A DNA stretch of 64,000 nt from Priapulus caudatus (lineage: Eukaryota): contig NW_014577070.1 in assembly GCF_000485595.1 (NCBI RefSeq), forward strand, positions 10,218 to 74,217. The letters run 5' to 3'. The notes beneath the pieces were generated by a model. That model saw nothing but the letters and a program-made list of their open reading frames with translations, searched no databases and was not told where the DNA came from. Positions 13,896-26,926 of the stretch are shown here, one piece after another. How positions within the stretch are numbered: the first letter of the stretch is position 1; every line of letters begins with the position of its first letter. Position numbers and translations under genes: made by a program.

Positions 13896-14338
13896 GTACG
13901 TAGAGCGGGGGACGGGTATTTTTCGTGACGCGGATTGGCCATTTTTATTATCTGGGAACTGGGAAATTGTCAGATAAATTTTCCGTGATTCCGGAACAGA
14001 AGTCCATCGGGACGTGGGAAAGACCCTCTAAAATTGTCTGGATCTGGGCAAAATTGTGTCAATTCGTCGGGATTTCATTTATGCGCTGAATATTTATTTA
14101 AATTTTTATTTTATTTATTTTATTTATTAATTATCCCAGATAAATAATAGTATGTAAATATTAGTATTACTTATATTTATAGTGTTTGAAACCTAAACTA
14201 CTGAATTTCCTGAAACATGTCTACAGAATTTCCTGGAACGTGGAATTGGGATTTTATTTTACTGGGGAACTGGGATATGGATGTTTTTGCTAGGAAAGTG
14301 GAATGGTACCCCCCCCCCCGTTCTCCCCTCTTACGTAC
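13896..14338. mobile_element. MITE with GTACGTAGAGGGG termini (also 21419-21864)
   Basis: gtacgtagag(c)gggg...cccctc(t)tacgtac inverted ends, AT-rich middle, internal ctgggaactggga repeats. Confidence 0.6.
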
Positions 14339-14343
14339 TATGT

Positions 14344-14548
14344 CAGGGGCGTGTACAGATTTTTTAGCCAGGGGGGGGGGGTCTAATCATAACCGAAAGT
14401 TGCGAGCATGCAAAGGGGGGGTGGTCAGGGGGGCTCTCCCCCAAATTTTTTTGAAATTAGACCCCTTAGATGCGTTTTCTGCGCGAGCAGGGGGGGGGGG
14501 CCGGGCCTCTGCGGTACCCCTGGCACCCCCCCCGTGTACACGCCCCTG
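14344..14548. mobile_element. MITE with CAGGGGCGTGTACA TIRs, hAT-like (also 21871-22067)
   Basis: Perfect 14-bp TIR caggggcgtgtaca / tgtacacgcccctg. No clean TSD. Confidence 0.78.
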
Positions 14549-15324
14549 TATCTACCTCTGTTCATAGCATGATCTACCTTGCGGGCATAATGCAAATTAG
14601 TGCACTCTAGTGCCGAATTTTACCGCAAAAAAATAAGGAGAAGGCTTTTCCAGAAGACGAACAGGTGCAACATTGGTGGAACAACCTGCTGAAGTGAAGG
14701 GTTACCGTTGTATGCGACCAACTCAATCTGTCCTCCAATCCTGAGAACAATATATACAATGTATATAATATATATATACAATATATATATACAATATATA
14801 TATACAATATATATATACAATATATACAATCAAGAGTGCATAATAGATATTATGCACTCTTTGATACGAATGTATATATGTTCAGGCTCCAATCCAGCGG
14901 TGCGTCATTGTACTGTGGTGCCATCTCGTAGCTGCTCGCTGGGGCATTGGTGATAATACTAATATTAGACCTGTGCGCTAGAAGAAGTGGAATTGCGCGA
15001 ACTGTTGACGAGAATTATGCTGAATAAGTTGAACTAATTAGGACAGGCGTGGCGGAAGTCATCTCAAAGCGAAAGCGCATTATACGGCTGGGTTTAGCAA
15101 TTGAGATTTATGGAATAATTATTTTAAAGCCAATGAAAAGCAGGCCATTCAGTTTCAGATTGAATCCACGTCTTTTTCGAGGTTTCCAGCATTAAGCGAC
15201 AAGCACACGTAAACCGTTTGATCGGCCGATAGATAGCGGATCGGGGCGGCGCCGGCGGGGCGTGGGTAGTTTTCACTTTTACTCGACTCTTTCCCCTCAC
15301 CACACACGGCGCCGCACGCCACGC

Positions 15325-15370
<46 letters not shown>

Positions 15371-15439
15371 ACACACATGCACACGCACACACACACACAC
15401 CACACACACATAACACACACACACACCACACACACACAC

Positions 15440-15477
<38 letters not shown>

Positions 15478-15514
15478 GCAGAAAGGTTGTGCACAGATAC
15501 GCTGCACGTGAGGC

Positions 15515-15770
15515 GGTAAGCACTTATTTCCATCCCTCAAACCGCCCTAGTTCCGCGTGTGCATGTCCCACCGCCGCGGCGCATTAGGCGTTAGCGTTTA
15601 GGGTTAGGGTTAGGTTAGGTTGAGGTTAGGTAGGGTTGATGTGTGGGGGGTTAGGTTAGGGTTAGTTGAAGGTTAGGAAAAACTGTTGTGGAAAAAAAAT
15701 TCGCGCCGCGGCGGGGTGGAACTGCAGGACCGGAAGGGGCGGTTTGAGGGATGAGAATAAGTGCTTTACC
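15515..15770. mobile_element. Telomeric-core MITE family D (also 23028-23285)
   Basis: ~68-bp arms GTAAGCACTTATT..CATCCCTCAAACCGCCC...CCGCCGCGGCGC around degenerate (TTAGGG)n. Confidence 0.78.
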
Positions 15771-16192
15771 ACGTGTGGCGGTGTTCTGTCATTAGCGAGT
15801 AGAGGCGGGTGTCTTCGATTTTGTTTCCCATTAGGCGTAATGGTTGTCACCGTGTGACACTATACAATATACTGAAGCGAAGAATGCAATATGAGTCCTT
15901 CAAGCGATTTGGGCAGGCTGCGTCACAAGTTTCCCTTTTCTCGGCGCAATCACAAACGCGAACCGCGGGACACAAATGCGTGTACGTAAAGGCACGGGCG
16001 ACGACACACCAATACTAGCACACACGCGCTCTTGACAGCTCGAAAGCGAGTGGCGAGTGCGGAAAATACAACAACAGCAACGCGACTTTTTTTCTTAATG
16101 ACGACGGATATTTTATTAATATTTGACTTGCAAGCAATTTTACAAGCAACGCGGGAAACAGTGAATTATACTACTGATTCATTGATATATAC

Positions 16193-16232
<40 letters not shown>

Positions 16233-17300
16233 TAAAACAAATCCGGGCCTGTGAGTGAGAGGACCAATAACTAGACTCGTAAAGTCAGTGACAAAAGCGC
16301 CATCTGTTGACGGGCTGTAGCGACCGAGACCCTCTGATACAGGTATCGAGAATAACATTAAAAACGGATAGATATAACGAGGTTAACGTGCGTAGTATAT
16401 TCAATATATTTATGTATATATATATATACTATATTCACATCAAAACAACTACATCTGCCAATAATACGACTCAGACAGTAACAATATAGTCATTCATAGT
16501 GAAGTAACCTTGGTATTAGATTCTAATAGAGTAGTAAGAGCTTCGGCCCGCGATATAGAACGCTACGGGCTTGCGTTACGTCAGCAACATGGTGGGGATG
16601 CTATATGAAGGTTAGTTGAAGGGCGGCTAATCTTCGAAGCGACGAATGGGTGAAAGAGTAAAGAAGGCTGGGGAGTAGGGTGTCACTGAGAAAACGCCTA
16701 TGGTATGGCTAGAGAAGGTACTCTTTGAGGGCAATTATTGATACTAATGCATAAAAACGATCGAAGTTAGGGTTACGACAAGGAAAGTAAATCGAAATAA
16801 AAAAATTCCTTTAACACGTTTGTTTCTTTTTCTGCGTCTCTGGCTCTCTTCTTGCGCTTCTCATTTCGTCGCTCTTTCCTCATCTATTTCTCTCTGACTC
16901 TCATTTCCTTCCGCTAACATAATCCGCCATCATTAACGCCCACCATCCTATCCGCGCCTCGATTTCTACCGCGAAACAAGTAACTCGCAACATCGATCAC
17001 ATCGAAACGCGGAAAGAACCAAGATTATATAAAAAAATCTCTTCGCTGAAGACGCGCCACGGCCGAGGCACGACGTGAGCTGTCGTGTTTGCTCCCACGT
17101 CCCGTGTTCGGGTGTTGCGATGCTAATGATCAGGAAATACTAACCGTCATCCGTCTCGAGTGGCCCCAATTGTTTTCGGTCGGAGCTTGCGTCGCTCAGC
17201 GCTGCATGGTAATTAGGCGGCTAGCCCCACTCGACGGTAAGACTCAACGCTCCTCCTCGTTTAGAGTGTTTATCGCACCTGTTATAGGCCTTATCGTCGA

Positions 17301-18280
17301 CCGGAGGTGGACGGCCGAACGCGACCGGCGATGCACGGAATTCCGCAAACATTCCGCTCCGTCGGATTCTCCGCACGGCCACTCCGCGGAAATACGACGG
17401 AACGCGCCTGATCTGACTTTTTCATCCGCCGAACGACACCAGAGAGCAAACGAGGCAGCGCAGGTGGTCTTCTCTTTTTTGCCTGGAGCAGAGGCTTGGA
17501 GAGGCAACCGGGAAGGCCTATCCTTGTTCCTGCCAGAAGCAGAGGCATGGAGAGGGATCCCCGGAAGTTCTCTATCCTTGTTCCTGCCAGAATCAAAGAC
17601 ATGGCGAGGTAACCGGGACGGCCTATCCGAGCCTGCACGAGCTGCGTCCACTTCTCTGGCTGTGCTGCAATAGCAATACAAGCAGAAGTCACTCTCAGTC
17701 ACACACTGAACTCGATCCATGCTAAAACCTACACACCATAGTGAAAAGTTACGCGGGCAAGGGCAGAAGTAGGAAGCATAGCTTGGAAGGTGGAAGTAGG
17801 AAAGTGGATGGCGCCATGACGAAATAGTGTTGCACCGTGTACATAGGAGATGGATATGTGGGAGAGGTTAGTCCCCTTTTATCCTTTCCACACCTTTCAA
17901 CACTTTTTATCCTTTCCACTTTTTATCCTTTCACACTTTTGATTTCCTCTCCACACTTTTCTACGAAGACATTGATAGCGATCAGGTAGGAGTAGTTGCA
18001 GGCTCTTGAAATTACCAGGTGAGGAGATCACTGAACTGACTTACTGCATGCTAATATTACATAACAAGGCAGGTATGCCCTAGTGGCCATGCTGTACCTT
18101 TGGTTCGTACAAACTGCTGAACCTGCAGGTTGCACATCTCTTGGTGTTGCTGTAGTCCATCCAAGCCATTGTTCACCTCCTGAATAATGCGCAAAAATGA
18201 CAAAACCATTAATTTAAAAAGATATCTAGATATAGATAGAGATATAGATAGATGGATGGATGGATGGATATATAGACAGT

Positions 18281-18361
<81 letters not shown>

Positions 18362-18569
18362 CAGATAGATAGTAATAGGATAGATAGATAGTATAGATAG
18401 ATAGGATAGATAGAATAGATAGATAATATAATAGATAGATTAGGATAGATAGTAGATAGATAGATAGATAGATAGAATAGATAGATAGATAAGATAGATA
18501 GATAGACTAGATAGATAGATAGATAGATAGATGATTAGATAGATAGATAGATTAGATAGATAGATAGAT

Positions 18570-18650
<81 letters not shown>

Positions 18651-21600
18651 GGACAGACAGATAGATAAAAAGATAGACAAATAGATAGGTAGATATGAAG
18701 AAATGCCAAAAGATAGAAAGATAGATAGCTAAATAGATAGACAGATCAATAGATGGATGGATGCGCAAAAGAAGAGATGGAGAGACGATGGCCTGACAGA
18801 CGTATACACACATACACAAATGGTACTAAGCAGCATATGATGCAGCAGTTGGCATAACACCAATTACAGTCTGCCCATCGCGCAAAGCACTGACACAGGA
18901 AGCTCTTTGTGACCTACTAAGAACACGAAGGAGTATACTTATAAACAAACAGGAAGCAGATCGGTCAGCTTGTAATATTAACTACTTTCCTATATATTCA
19001 TGACTGGGCTGTCGCCTATATTTACCATGCTTTATCAAATATATCCAGTCAACAATAGAATGTATATATTCTATGTACCTTGTTGACACGAGCCTTAGAT
19101 CTTTGCGATATTTCAAACAAATATAACACAGCATATACACACTGGCAGCAACATCGCTAACAAATGAAATGCCTATTCTGGATTGATTCATTCTAAAAAC
19201 TGCTGTGCCCACATTTCAATCCAATTTTACAAGGAGCAGAGCACTCCCGCACCCAATAGTAGACGTTGCTGCTTGACTTTTCCCGTGCAAAAATCACGAG
19301 CATGCTAGTTGGCAAGGGCCAATGGAGATCCGCTCTTTAATATGCACACACTATTGACACATTACAATTTCCTATAATATTAGTATCAATAAGGCGAAGG
19401 AAAGATCTATAGTCGTTCTCTGTACCGTTGGATACTTGCCTTAGCAAGCTAGCAAGACATCTGGTGAGAAATGTTACCTGCATTCTTGTCTTCAGAATAT
19501 CAAATATCTGCTGGACCTTTCCTGAATCATCAGTGTCCTGGCTTTCCATTGCCTGGTCAGCCATCGTCGGCTAAGAACATCAAACACTAGAAGTCAGTAC
19601 GATGACATTACCGGTATATAAAATGTTTGCGTAAATCGAGCAATGTGCACAGATTTAGGAGCAGGGCGCAGAGTACCTACATTTTTATTCATAGCATTAA
19701 TGAACAAATAGCCTACATTACTGTTTTACGTAAAGGATATCACACATAATTTATCAACATTTTACAAATTTGAAATCGAGAATGCAAACGTGAAACATGC
19801 ATGACATTGACAAAAACATTTCGAACATCATTCACAATCTGAATTATATAGTCTGTTCAACAGCTACTACGCGATGCCGCACACTAGAACATTTTTCGGA
19901 CAAACATTTGTTTAATTATCATTCCAATTCTTATTTTAGGTTCCTTCTGGTTCAAACAGCAAACAATATTTGTGAGGGCTGGTAAATTATGGTGAGGGCT
20001 GGTAAAAACTTCAAAGAATCTGAATTTCATGCCCTGATGACCAATGAATTAATTGTGAAACGTACTTTTTAATGCATACAACATGTTGAGCATGATTCAC
20101 TTAGCAGAGGTGAAATCCTGATTCTATTCCAGTTGCACCTATTATTAAATAAAATGTAAAATGATTTATGCGTGAACTTTTCAACTGTACTATTACATCT
20201 GGCAGGGTCTCTACTTGACATTCAAAAAACAGTTAAAAGGCAACCACAAAAGTTAACAATAGCAAGTAATCCAAAATATACCAACAGGCTTAGATAGATA
20301 AGATGGTTAAATTATGTGTTAACTGTGGGTATGGAACCATGCATGGTGTTCGACTGTAACCTACCTATATCTAATATGCCGGACCGTACCTCGCCTACTT
20401 CACTAACGAGTCTAGGGAGTCGCCTACGTACGCCTACTTCCTAACCCTAACCCTAACCATATCAGATAGTTACCAGGGTATGTTCCGGTATACCGGACCG
20501 TACCCAGGGTACGTTCCGGCAGTACCCTGGGGGACATAGACCCTATGAGCATTAGTAGTGCAGATGGGGTCGTCGTCGTATCAGAGATATACAGATATGT
20601 ACCCGAGGTAGTTTTAGGTTGTTTAGTATTATGTTTATTATTTTATATTGAGGTAGATGTTAGGGTTAGGGTTAGGGTTAGGGCTAGGGTTAGGTGGTTA
20701 GGGTTAGGGTACACTTCTGTAGTACAAGTCTGGTACACTTTGTGTATACATATATGTACCTCGGGTACATATCTGTAGTACGTGATACGACAACGACCCC
20801 TTGAAGGCTTGAGTAGTACTACTAGTACTAGAGCTAATGCAGTAAATGCCGAGCAAATGTTAGAGCTCCACTTTCCTATTGATATTTCTTCCTCGCAGTC
20901 GCAGCTCTTCATATAATTCATCCGAATAATTTCATACCGATCATTAATAAGCACAAAATTTGGTTTCTTTCTATTATGTACATCGTCTTGTGTTTATAAA
21001 AGTAATTTTAATATCAGAAACGATAGATTTCCCGTACACCACCATGCTGCTGTGTTTACATCACCGATCTCTATAATATAGTATAATAGATTATATTATA
21101 GAGATCAGTGGTTTACATTAGCCTCCCGCATGGGGAGGGCGCTGTCGTCGCTTGCTCGGGCGTCATTTACAGGTGTTGGCAGAAAGATGCGATATGATAT
21201 GACTACTAGGCACTTTAATTTAATTTAATTTTTATTTTTTAGGGTTAGGGTTAGGGTTAGGGTTAGGTTAGGGTTGGTTGTTTTTTTAAGTGCCTAGTAG
21301 TCATATCCTAAGTGCCTAGTAGTCATATCATATCGCATCTATCTGGCGGGTGCTCATTTACAGGCCGATGGGCGAATCGGCGTTCTAGTGTATATATATC
21401 TTTATTATTTCTATGTATGTACGTAGAGGGGGGGGGACGGGTATTTTCGGGACGCGGGATTGGCCATTTTTATTATCTGGGAACTGGGAAAATGTCAGAT
21501 AAATTTTCCGTGATTCGGAACAGAAGTCATCGGGACGTGGGAAAGGCCTCTAAAATTGTCTGGATCTGGGAAAATGTTTGTCAATTCGTCGCGGATTTCA

Positions 21601-22834
21601 TTTATGCGCTAATATTTATTTAAATTTTTATTTTTATTTATTTATTTATTAATTATGCCCAGATAAATAATAGTATGTAAATATTAGTATTTACTTATAT
21701 TTATAGTGTTTGAAAACCTAAACTACTGAATTTCCTGAAACATGTCTACAGAATTTCCTGGGAACTGGGAATTGGGATTTTATTTTACTGGGAACTGGGA
21801 TATGGGATGTTTTTGCTAGGAAAGTGGGAATGTACCCCCCCCCCCCGTTCTCCCCTCTACGTACTTATGTCAGGGGCGTGTACAGATTTTTACCAGGGGG
21901 GGGGTCTAATCATAACCGAAAGTTGCCGAGCATGCAAAGGGGGGGTGGTCAGGGGGGCTCTCCCCAAATTTTTTTGAAATTAGACCCCTTAGATGCGTTT
22001 TCTGCGCGAGCAGGGGGCGGGGCGTCCGGACCCTGGTACCCGCGCCCCCCCCCTGTACACGCCCCTGTATCTACCTCTGTCATAGCATGATCTACCTTGC
22101 GGGCATAATGCAAATTAGTGCACTCTAGTGCCGAATTTTACCGCAAAAAAATAAGGAGAAGGCCTTTTCCAGAGACGAAACAGTGCAACATTGGTGAACA
22201 ACCTGCTGAAGTGAAGGTTACCGTTGTATGCGACCAACTCAATCTGTCCTCCAATCCTGAGAACAATATATACAATGTATATACAATATATATATACAAT
22301 ATATATATACAATATATATATACAATATATATATACAATATATACAATCAAGAGTGCATAATAGATATTATGCACTCTTGATACAATGTATATATTGTTC
22401 TCAGCTCCAATCCAGCGTGCGTCATTGTACTGTGGTGCCATCTCGTAGCTGCTCGTGGCATCGCGTGATAATACTAATATAGACCTTGTGCGCTAGAAGA
22501 AGTGGAATCTTGCGGAACTGTTGACGAGAATTATGTGAATAAATTGAACTAATTAGACAGGCGTGGCGGAAGTCATCTCAAAGCGAAAGCGCATTATACG
22601 GCTGGGTTTAGCAATTGAGATTTATGGAATAATTATTTTAAAGCCAATGAAAAGCAGCCATTAGTTTCAGATTGAATCCCGTCTTTTTCGAGTTTCCAGC
22701 AATTAAGCGACAAGCACACGTAACACCGTTTGATCGGCCGATAGCTAGGATCGGGGCGCGCCGCGCGTGAGCGGTAGTCTTTCACTTTTACTCGACTCTT
22801 TCCCCTCACACACACGCGCGCACGCACGCCACGC

Positions 22835-22886
<52 letters not shown>

Positions 22887-22915
22887 CACACGCACACACA
22901 CACACACACCACACA

Positions 22916-22987
<72 letters not shown>

Positions 22988-23681
22988 GCAGGAAAGGTTG
23001 TGCACAGATACGCTGCACACGTGAGGCGGTAAGCACTTATTTCCATCCTCAAACCGCCCTAGTTCCGGTGTGCATGTCCCACCGCCGCGGCGCATTAGGC
23101 GTTAGCGTTTAGGGTTAGGTTAGGTTAGGTTTTAGGTTAGGGTTAGGGTTAAGTTTGTTGGGGGATTAGGTTAGGGTTAGGGTTAAGGTTAGAAAAAAAC
23201 TGTTGTGGAAAAAAAATTGCGCGCCGGCGGTGGTGGAACCTGCAGACCGGAAGGGGCGGTTTGAGGGATGGAAATAAGTGCTTACACGTGTGGCGGTGTT
23301 CTGTCAATATTAGCGAGTGATGTCTTCGATTTTTGTTCCCATTAGCGTAATGGTTGTCACCGTGTGACATATACATATATGAAGCGAAGAATGCAATATG
23401 AGTTCACTTCAACCGATTTGGGCAGGCCGTCACAAGTTTCCTTTTCTCGGGCGCAATCACAAACGCGACCGCGGACACAAATGCGTGTACGTAAACGCAC
23501 GGGCGAGCACACACCATACTAGCACACACGCGCTCTTGACAGCTCGAAAGCGAGTGGCGAGTGCGGAAATAACAACAACAGCAACGCGACTTTTTTTCTT
23601 AATGACGACGAATATTTATTAATTTTGACTTGAAGCAAATTTTACAAGCAACGCGGAAACAGTGTATAATATACTGATCAT

Positions 23682-23727
<46 letters not shown>

Positions 23728-24797
23728 TAAAAACAAATCCGGGCCTGTGAGTGAGAGGACCAATAACTAGACTCGTAAAGTCAGTGACAAAAGCGCCATC
23801 TGTTGACGGGCCTGTAGCGACGAGACCCTCTGATACAGGTATCGAGAATAACATTAAAAACGGATAGATATAACGAGGTTAACGTGCGTAGATATATTCA
23901 ATATATTTATAGTAATATATATATACTATATTCACATCAAAACAACTACATCTGCCAATATACGACTCAGACAGTAACAATAGTCATTCATAGTGAAGTA
24001 ACCTTGGTATTAGATTCTAATGAGAGTAGTAAGAGCTTCGGCCCCGATATAGAACGCATACGGGCTTGCGTTTACGTCAGCAATATGGTGGGGATGCTAA
24101 TATGAAGGTTAGTTGAAGGGCGGCTAATCTTCGAAGCGACGAATGGGTGAAAGAGTAAAGAAGGCTGGGGAGTAGGTGTCACTGAGAAAACGCCTATGGT
24201 ATGGCTGAGAAGGTACTCTTTGAGGCAATTATTGATACTAATGCATAAAAACGATCGAAGTTAGGGTTACGACAAGGGAAAGTAATCGAAATAAAAAAAT
24301 TCCTTTAACACGTTTGTTTCTTTTCTGCGTCTCTGGCTCTCTTCTTGCGCTTCTCATTTCGTCGCTCTTTCCTCATCTATTTTTTCTCTGACTCTCATTC
24401 CTTCCGCTAACATAATCCGCCATCATTAACGCCCACCATCCTATCCGCGCCTCGATTTCTACCGCGAAACAAGTAACTCGCAACATCGATCACATCGAAC
24501 GCGGAAAGAACCAAGATTATATAAAAAAATCTCTTCGCTGAAGACGCGCCACGGCCGAGGCACGACGTGAGCTGTCGTGTTTGCTCCCACGTCCCGTGTT
24601 CGGGTGTTGCGATGCTAATGATCAGGAAATACTAACCGTCATCCGTCTCGAGTGGCCCCAATTGTTTTCGGTCGGAGCTTGCGTCGCTCAGCGCTGCATG
24701 GTAATTAGGCGGCTAGCCCCACTCGACGGTAAGACTCAACGCTCCTCCTCGTTCAGAGTGTTTATCGCACCTGTTATAGGCCTTATCGTCGACCGGA
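17301..24797. repeat. Tandem segmental duplication, copy 2 (~7.49 kb)
   Basis: The unit end ttatcgtcgaccgga recurs, ending at 17305 and 24797 (offset 7492). Confidence 0.9.
19478..19570 (-). other. Possible exon of an unidentified spliced transcript inside the duplicated unit
   Basis: tttgatgttcttag acceptor, MADQAMESQDTDDSGKVQQIFDILKTRMQ, CAG|gtaaca donor. No homology recognised. Confidence 0.3.
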
Positions 24798-24893
24798 TTA
24801 CGGCAGCCAGCAGTTCTGCCGAATAGCGTAAAAGAAAGAAAGAGAGAGAGGGAGAGAAGAGAGAGATAGGTGGAAAAAGAGACGGCGAAACTT

Positions 24894-24977
<84 letters not shown>

Positions 24978-25068
24978 GTTGAAAAAGAGACGGCGAAACT
25001 TAGAGAGAGAGAGAGAGAAAGAGAGAGAGTAAGAGAGAGGAGAGACGAGCAGAGATGAGAGAGAGAAG

Positions 25069-25105
<37 letters not shown>

Positions 25106-25385
25106 GTCACGGTATCCTGTAACGCTGCGCAGTCACATGATTGTGCCATTGCATCTTGTCACACACACACTTGTTAGTATCGCTTACCACACTGTCAAAC
25201 AGGTGACCGTTTGACTCTAAACTGACGCAGTATCCTATCAACGCATACAATCACCTGCTGCTGCTATCACTCAATTCTGTAACGCTATCTGTTGAGAATT
25301 TGATATGAAGCTAACACACTTCGACTCGAATGCGCATGCGTGCATCTAGAGCAAACACAGCTGAGACTGTCCGTGGCGTAGCATT

Positions 25386-25735
25386 TCCTGTGATGATGGC
25401 GTCATGTGACACACCCTGTGACGATGGCGTCACGTCACACACCCTGTGACGATGGCGTCACTTGACGTGTCCGGTAATGATCACGACACAACTTGGTCAC
25501 GTGACACACCCTGTGAAGACAGCGTCACGTGACACGCCCTGTGAAGACAGCGTCACGTGACACGCCCTGTGAAGACAGCGTCCCGGGACACGCCCTGTGA
25601 AGACAGCGTCACGTGACACGCCTGTGAAGACAGGCGTCACGTGACACACCTGCTGAAGACAGCGTCACGTGACACGCCTGTGAAGACAGCGTCACGTGAC
25701 ACGCCCTGTGAAGACAGCGTCACCTGACACGCCTT
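25386..25735. repeat. 28-bp minisatellite carrying GTCACGTGAC palindromes
   Basis: Unit cacgccctgtgaagacagcgtcacgtga; ctgtgaagac recurs at 25511 and 25539. Confidence 0.92.
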
Positions 25736-26912
25736 GTGCGGAGCTCCTTGCTGCAGTAGGGTTAGGAGAGCTGGTGTAGGGCCGCGTTATACCTCTTAGG
25801 TAAAATTACCCCTTTGTTATGATTGTTTGCTTATAAAGTGCTCGACTAAGTAATAATATTAGTATTTTCTTAAATATTGAACTAAAAAAAGTTATATTCT
25901 CAGCGCTAGACGCTTTATTTGTTGCTTTTGCGCCGGAATTCGGGAGTTTCATCGAATTTTTGTTAAAATCCATCAATTTTGGCGCTATCATTGAGTTCCT
26001 CGGGCGCTAGGCTGAAATGCTTTGTCGAACGTGTGTACAGTTAAATTATCTTGTATTCCCGAGAGACAACTCGCACGTTTAACTGTACCGCGATAGTACG
26101 AACGGGTTGGGTACGAGAATGGGGCCCGCAGCTGCTATCGCGTGTGCGCGCCGAAAGTGTCGGCCTAGTTACAATTACTGGGCTGACGACAACGTAGATT
26201 TAAGAGCCGCAGACTTCTTCATATGTCTCATGGTAGGGAAACAATAGGGCAGAGGCAAGCTGGCGACAGTAAATAGCACTGCACGGGCCAAAATGACATG
26301 CGTAGTAGCACCTACTGATAGCCTTCGCAACGGGCAACCAATCAAGTACGAGATTACTACCACGAATTGAGTAGCACCACAATCAATCAATTAATCAATA
26401 ACCGTCATGATGATGATGATCATCATCATCATTGTCATCATCATTATTATTATCATCATCATTATCATATAATGATCAATAGTAGAAGTAATAATAAGGA
26501 TAATAATAACAACAATAATAATAATGATAATAATAATAATAATAATGTGCCGTCGGCGTCTCAGTCATGGTACACGTTGACGCTAGAAGGCAGCACCGAA
26601 TGACGCAACATGTGCCATACCGCAGCCGAGACCATGCATTCAGAGAACAAGACCCCTCTTGTAGTCGTTAGGGCCATACCGAAACACGACAGAAATCTGA
26701 CGCTAGGCAGAACCCTAAAACGGATACAGCGGAGAAAACTAGCTGACTGCGCGCATTTCCATATTCTTCTCGTGACGATTGAACAAAGACGCCACGAATA
26801 ACATTTCTAACAGAGAAAATAGTTAGAAAAGTAGCAGGTAGGGCCTACAGGAAAGCGGAGAGCTAAACTTTCAAACAATTTTTTTTTACAATCGGTAGAG
26901 AGCCTTTAGATT

Positions 26913-26926
26913 CTGCCACCTGGTGG
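26913..26926 (-). promoter_or_regulatory. Candidate CTCF-binding site
   Basis: CCACCAGGTGGCAG on - matches the CTCF core consensus. Further GCCACC(T) half-motifs lie at ~27000 and ~27093-27112. The site is ~630 bp downstream of the receptor stop. Motif match only. Confidence 0.45.

Larger units (their letters stand above)
9473..17305. repeat. Tandem segmental duplication, copy 1 (noisier)
   Basis: Colinear with 17301-24797 across unique sequence, MITEs and microsatellites. Confidence 0.9.

Noticed and set aside
13117..15675. True telomere or chromosome-fusion site
   Set aside because: The TTAGGG tracts are short, internal and each enclosed by inverted arms. There is no long head-to-head array.
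17030..17300. Possible ncRNA gene after a TATA-like tatataaaaaaa
   Set aside because: I recognise no tRNA, snRNA or SRP motifs. An Rfam/Infernal scan would be needed.
25500..25735. CRISPR-like palindromic 28-bp repeats
   Set aside because: The units are head-to-tail with no unique spacers, the context is eukaryotic, and there are no cas genes.
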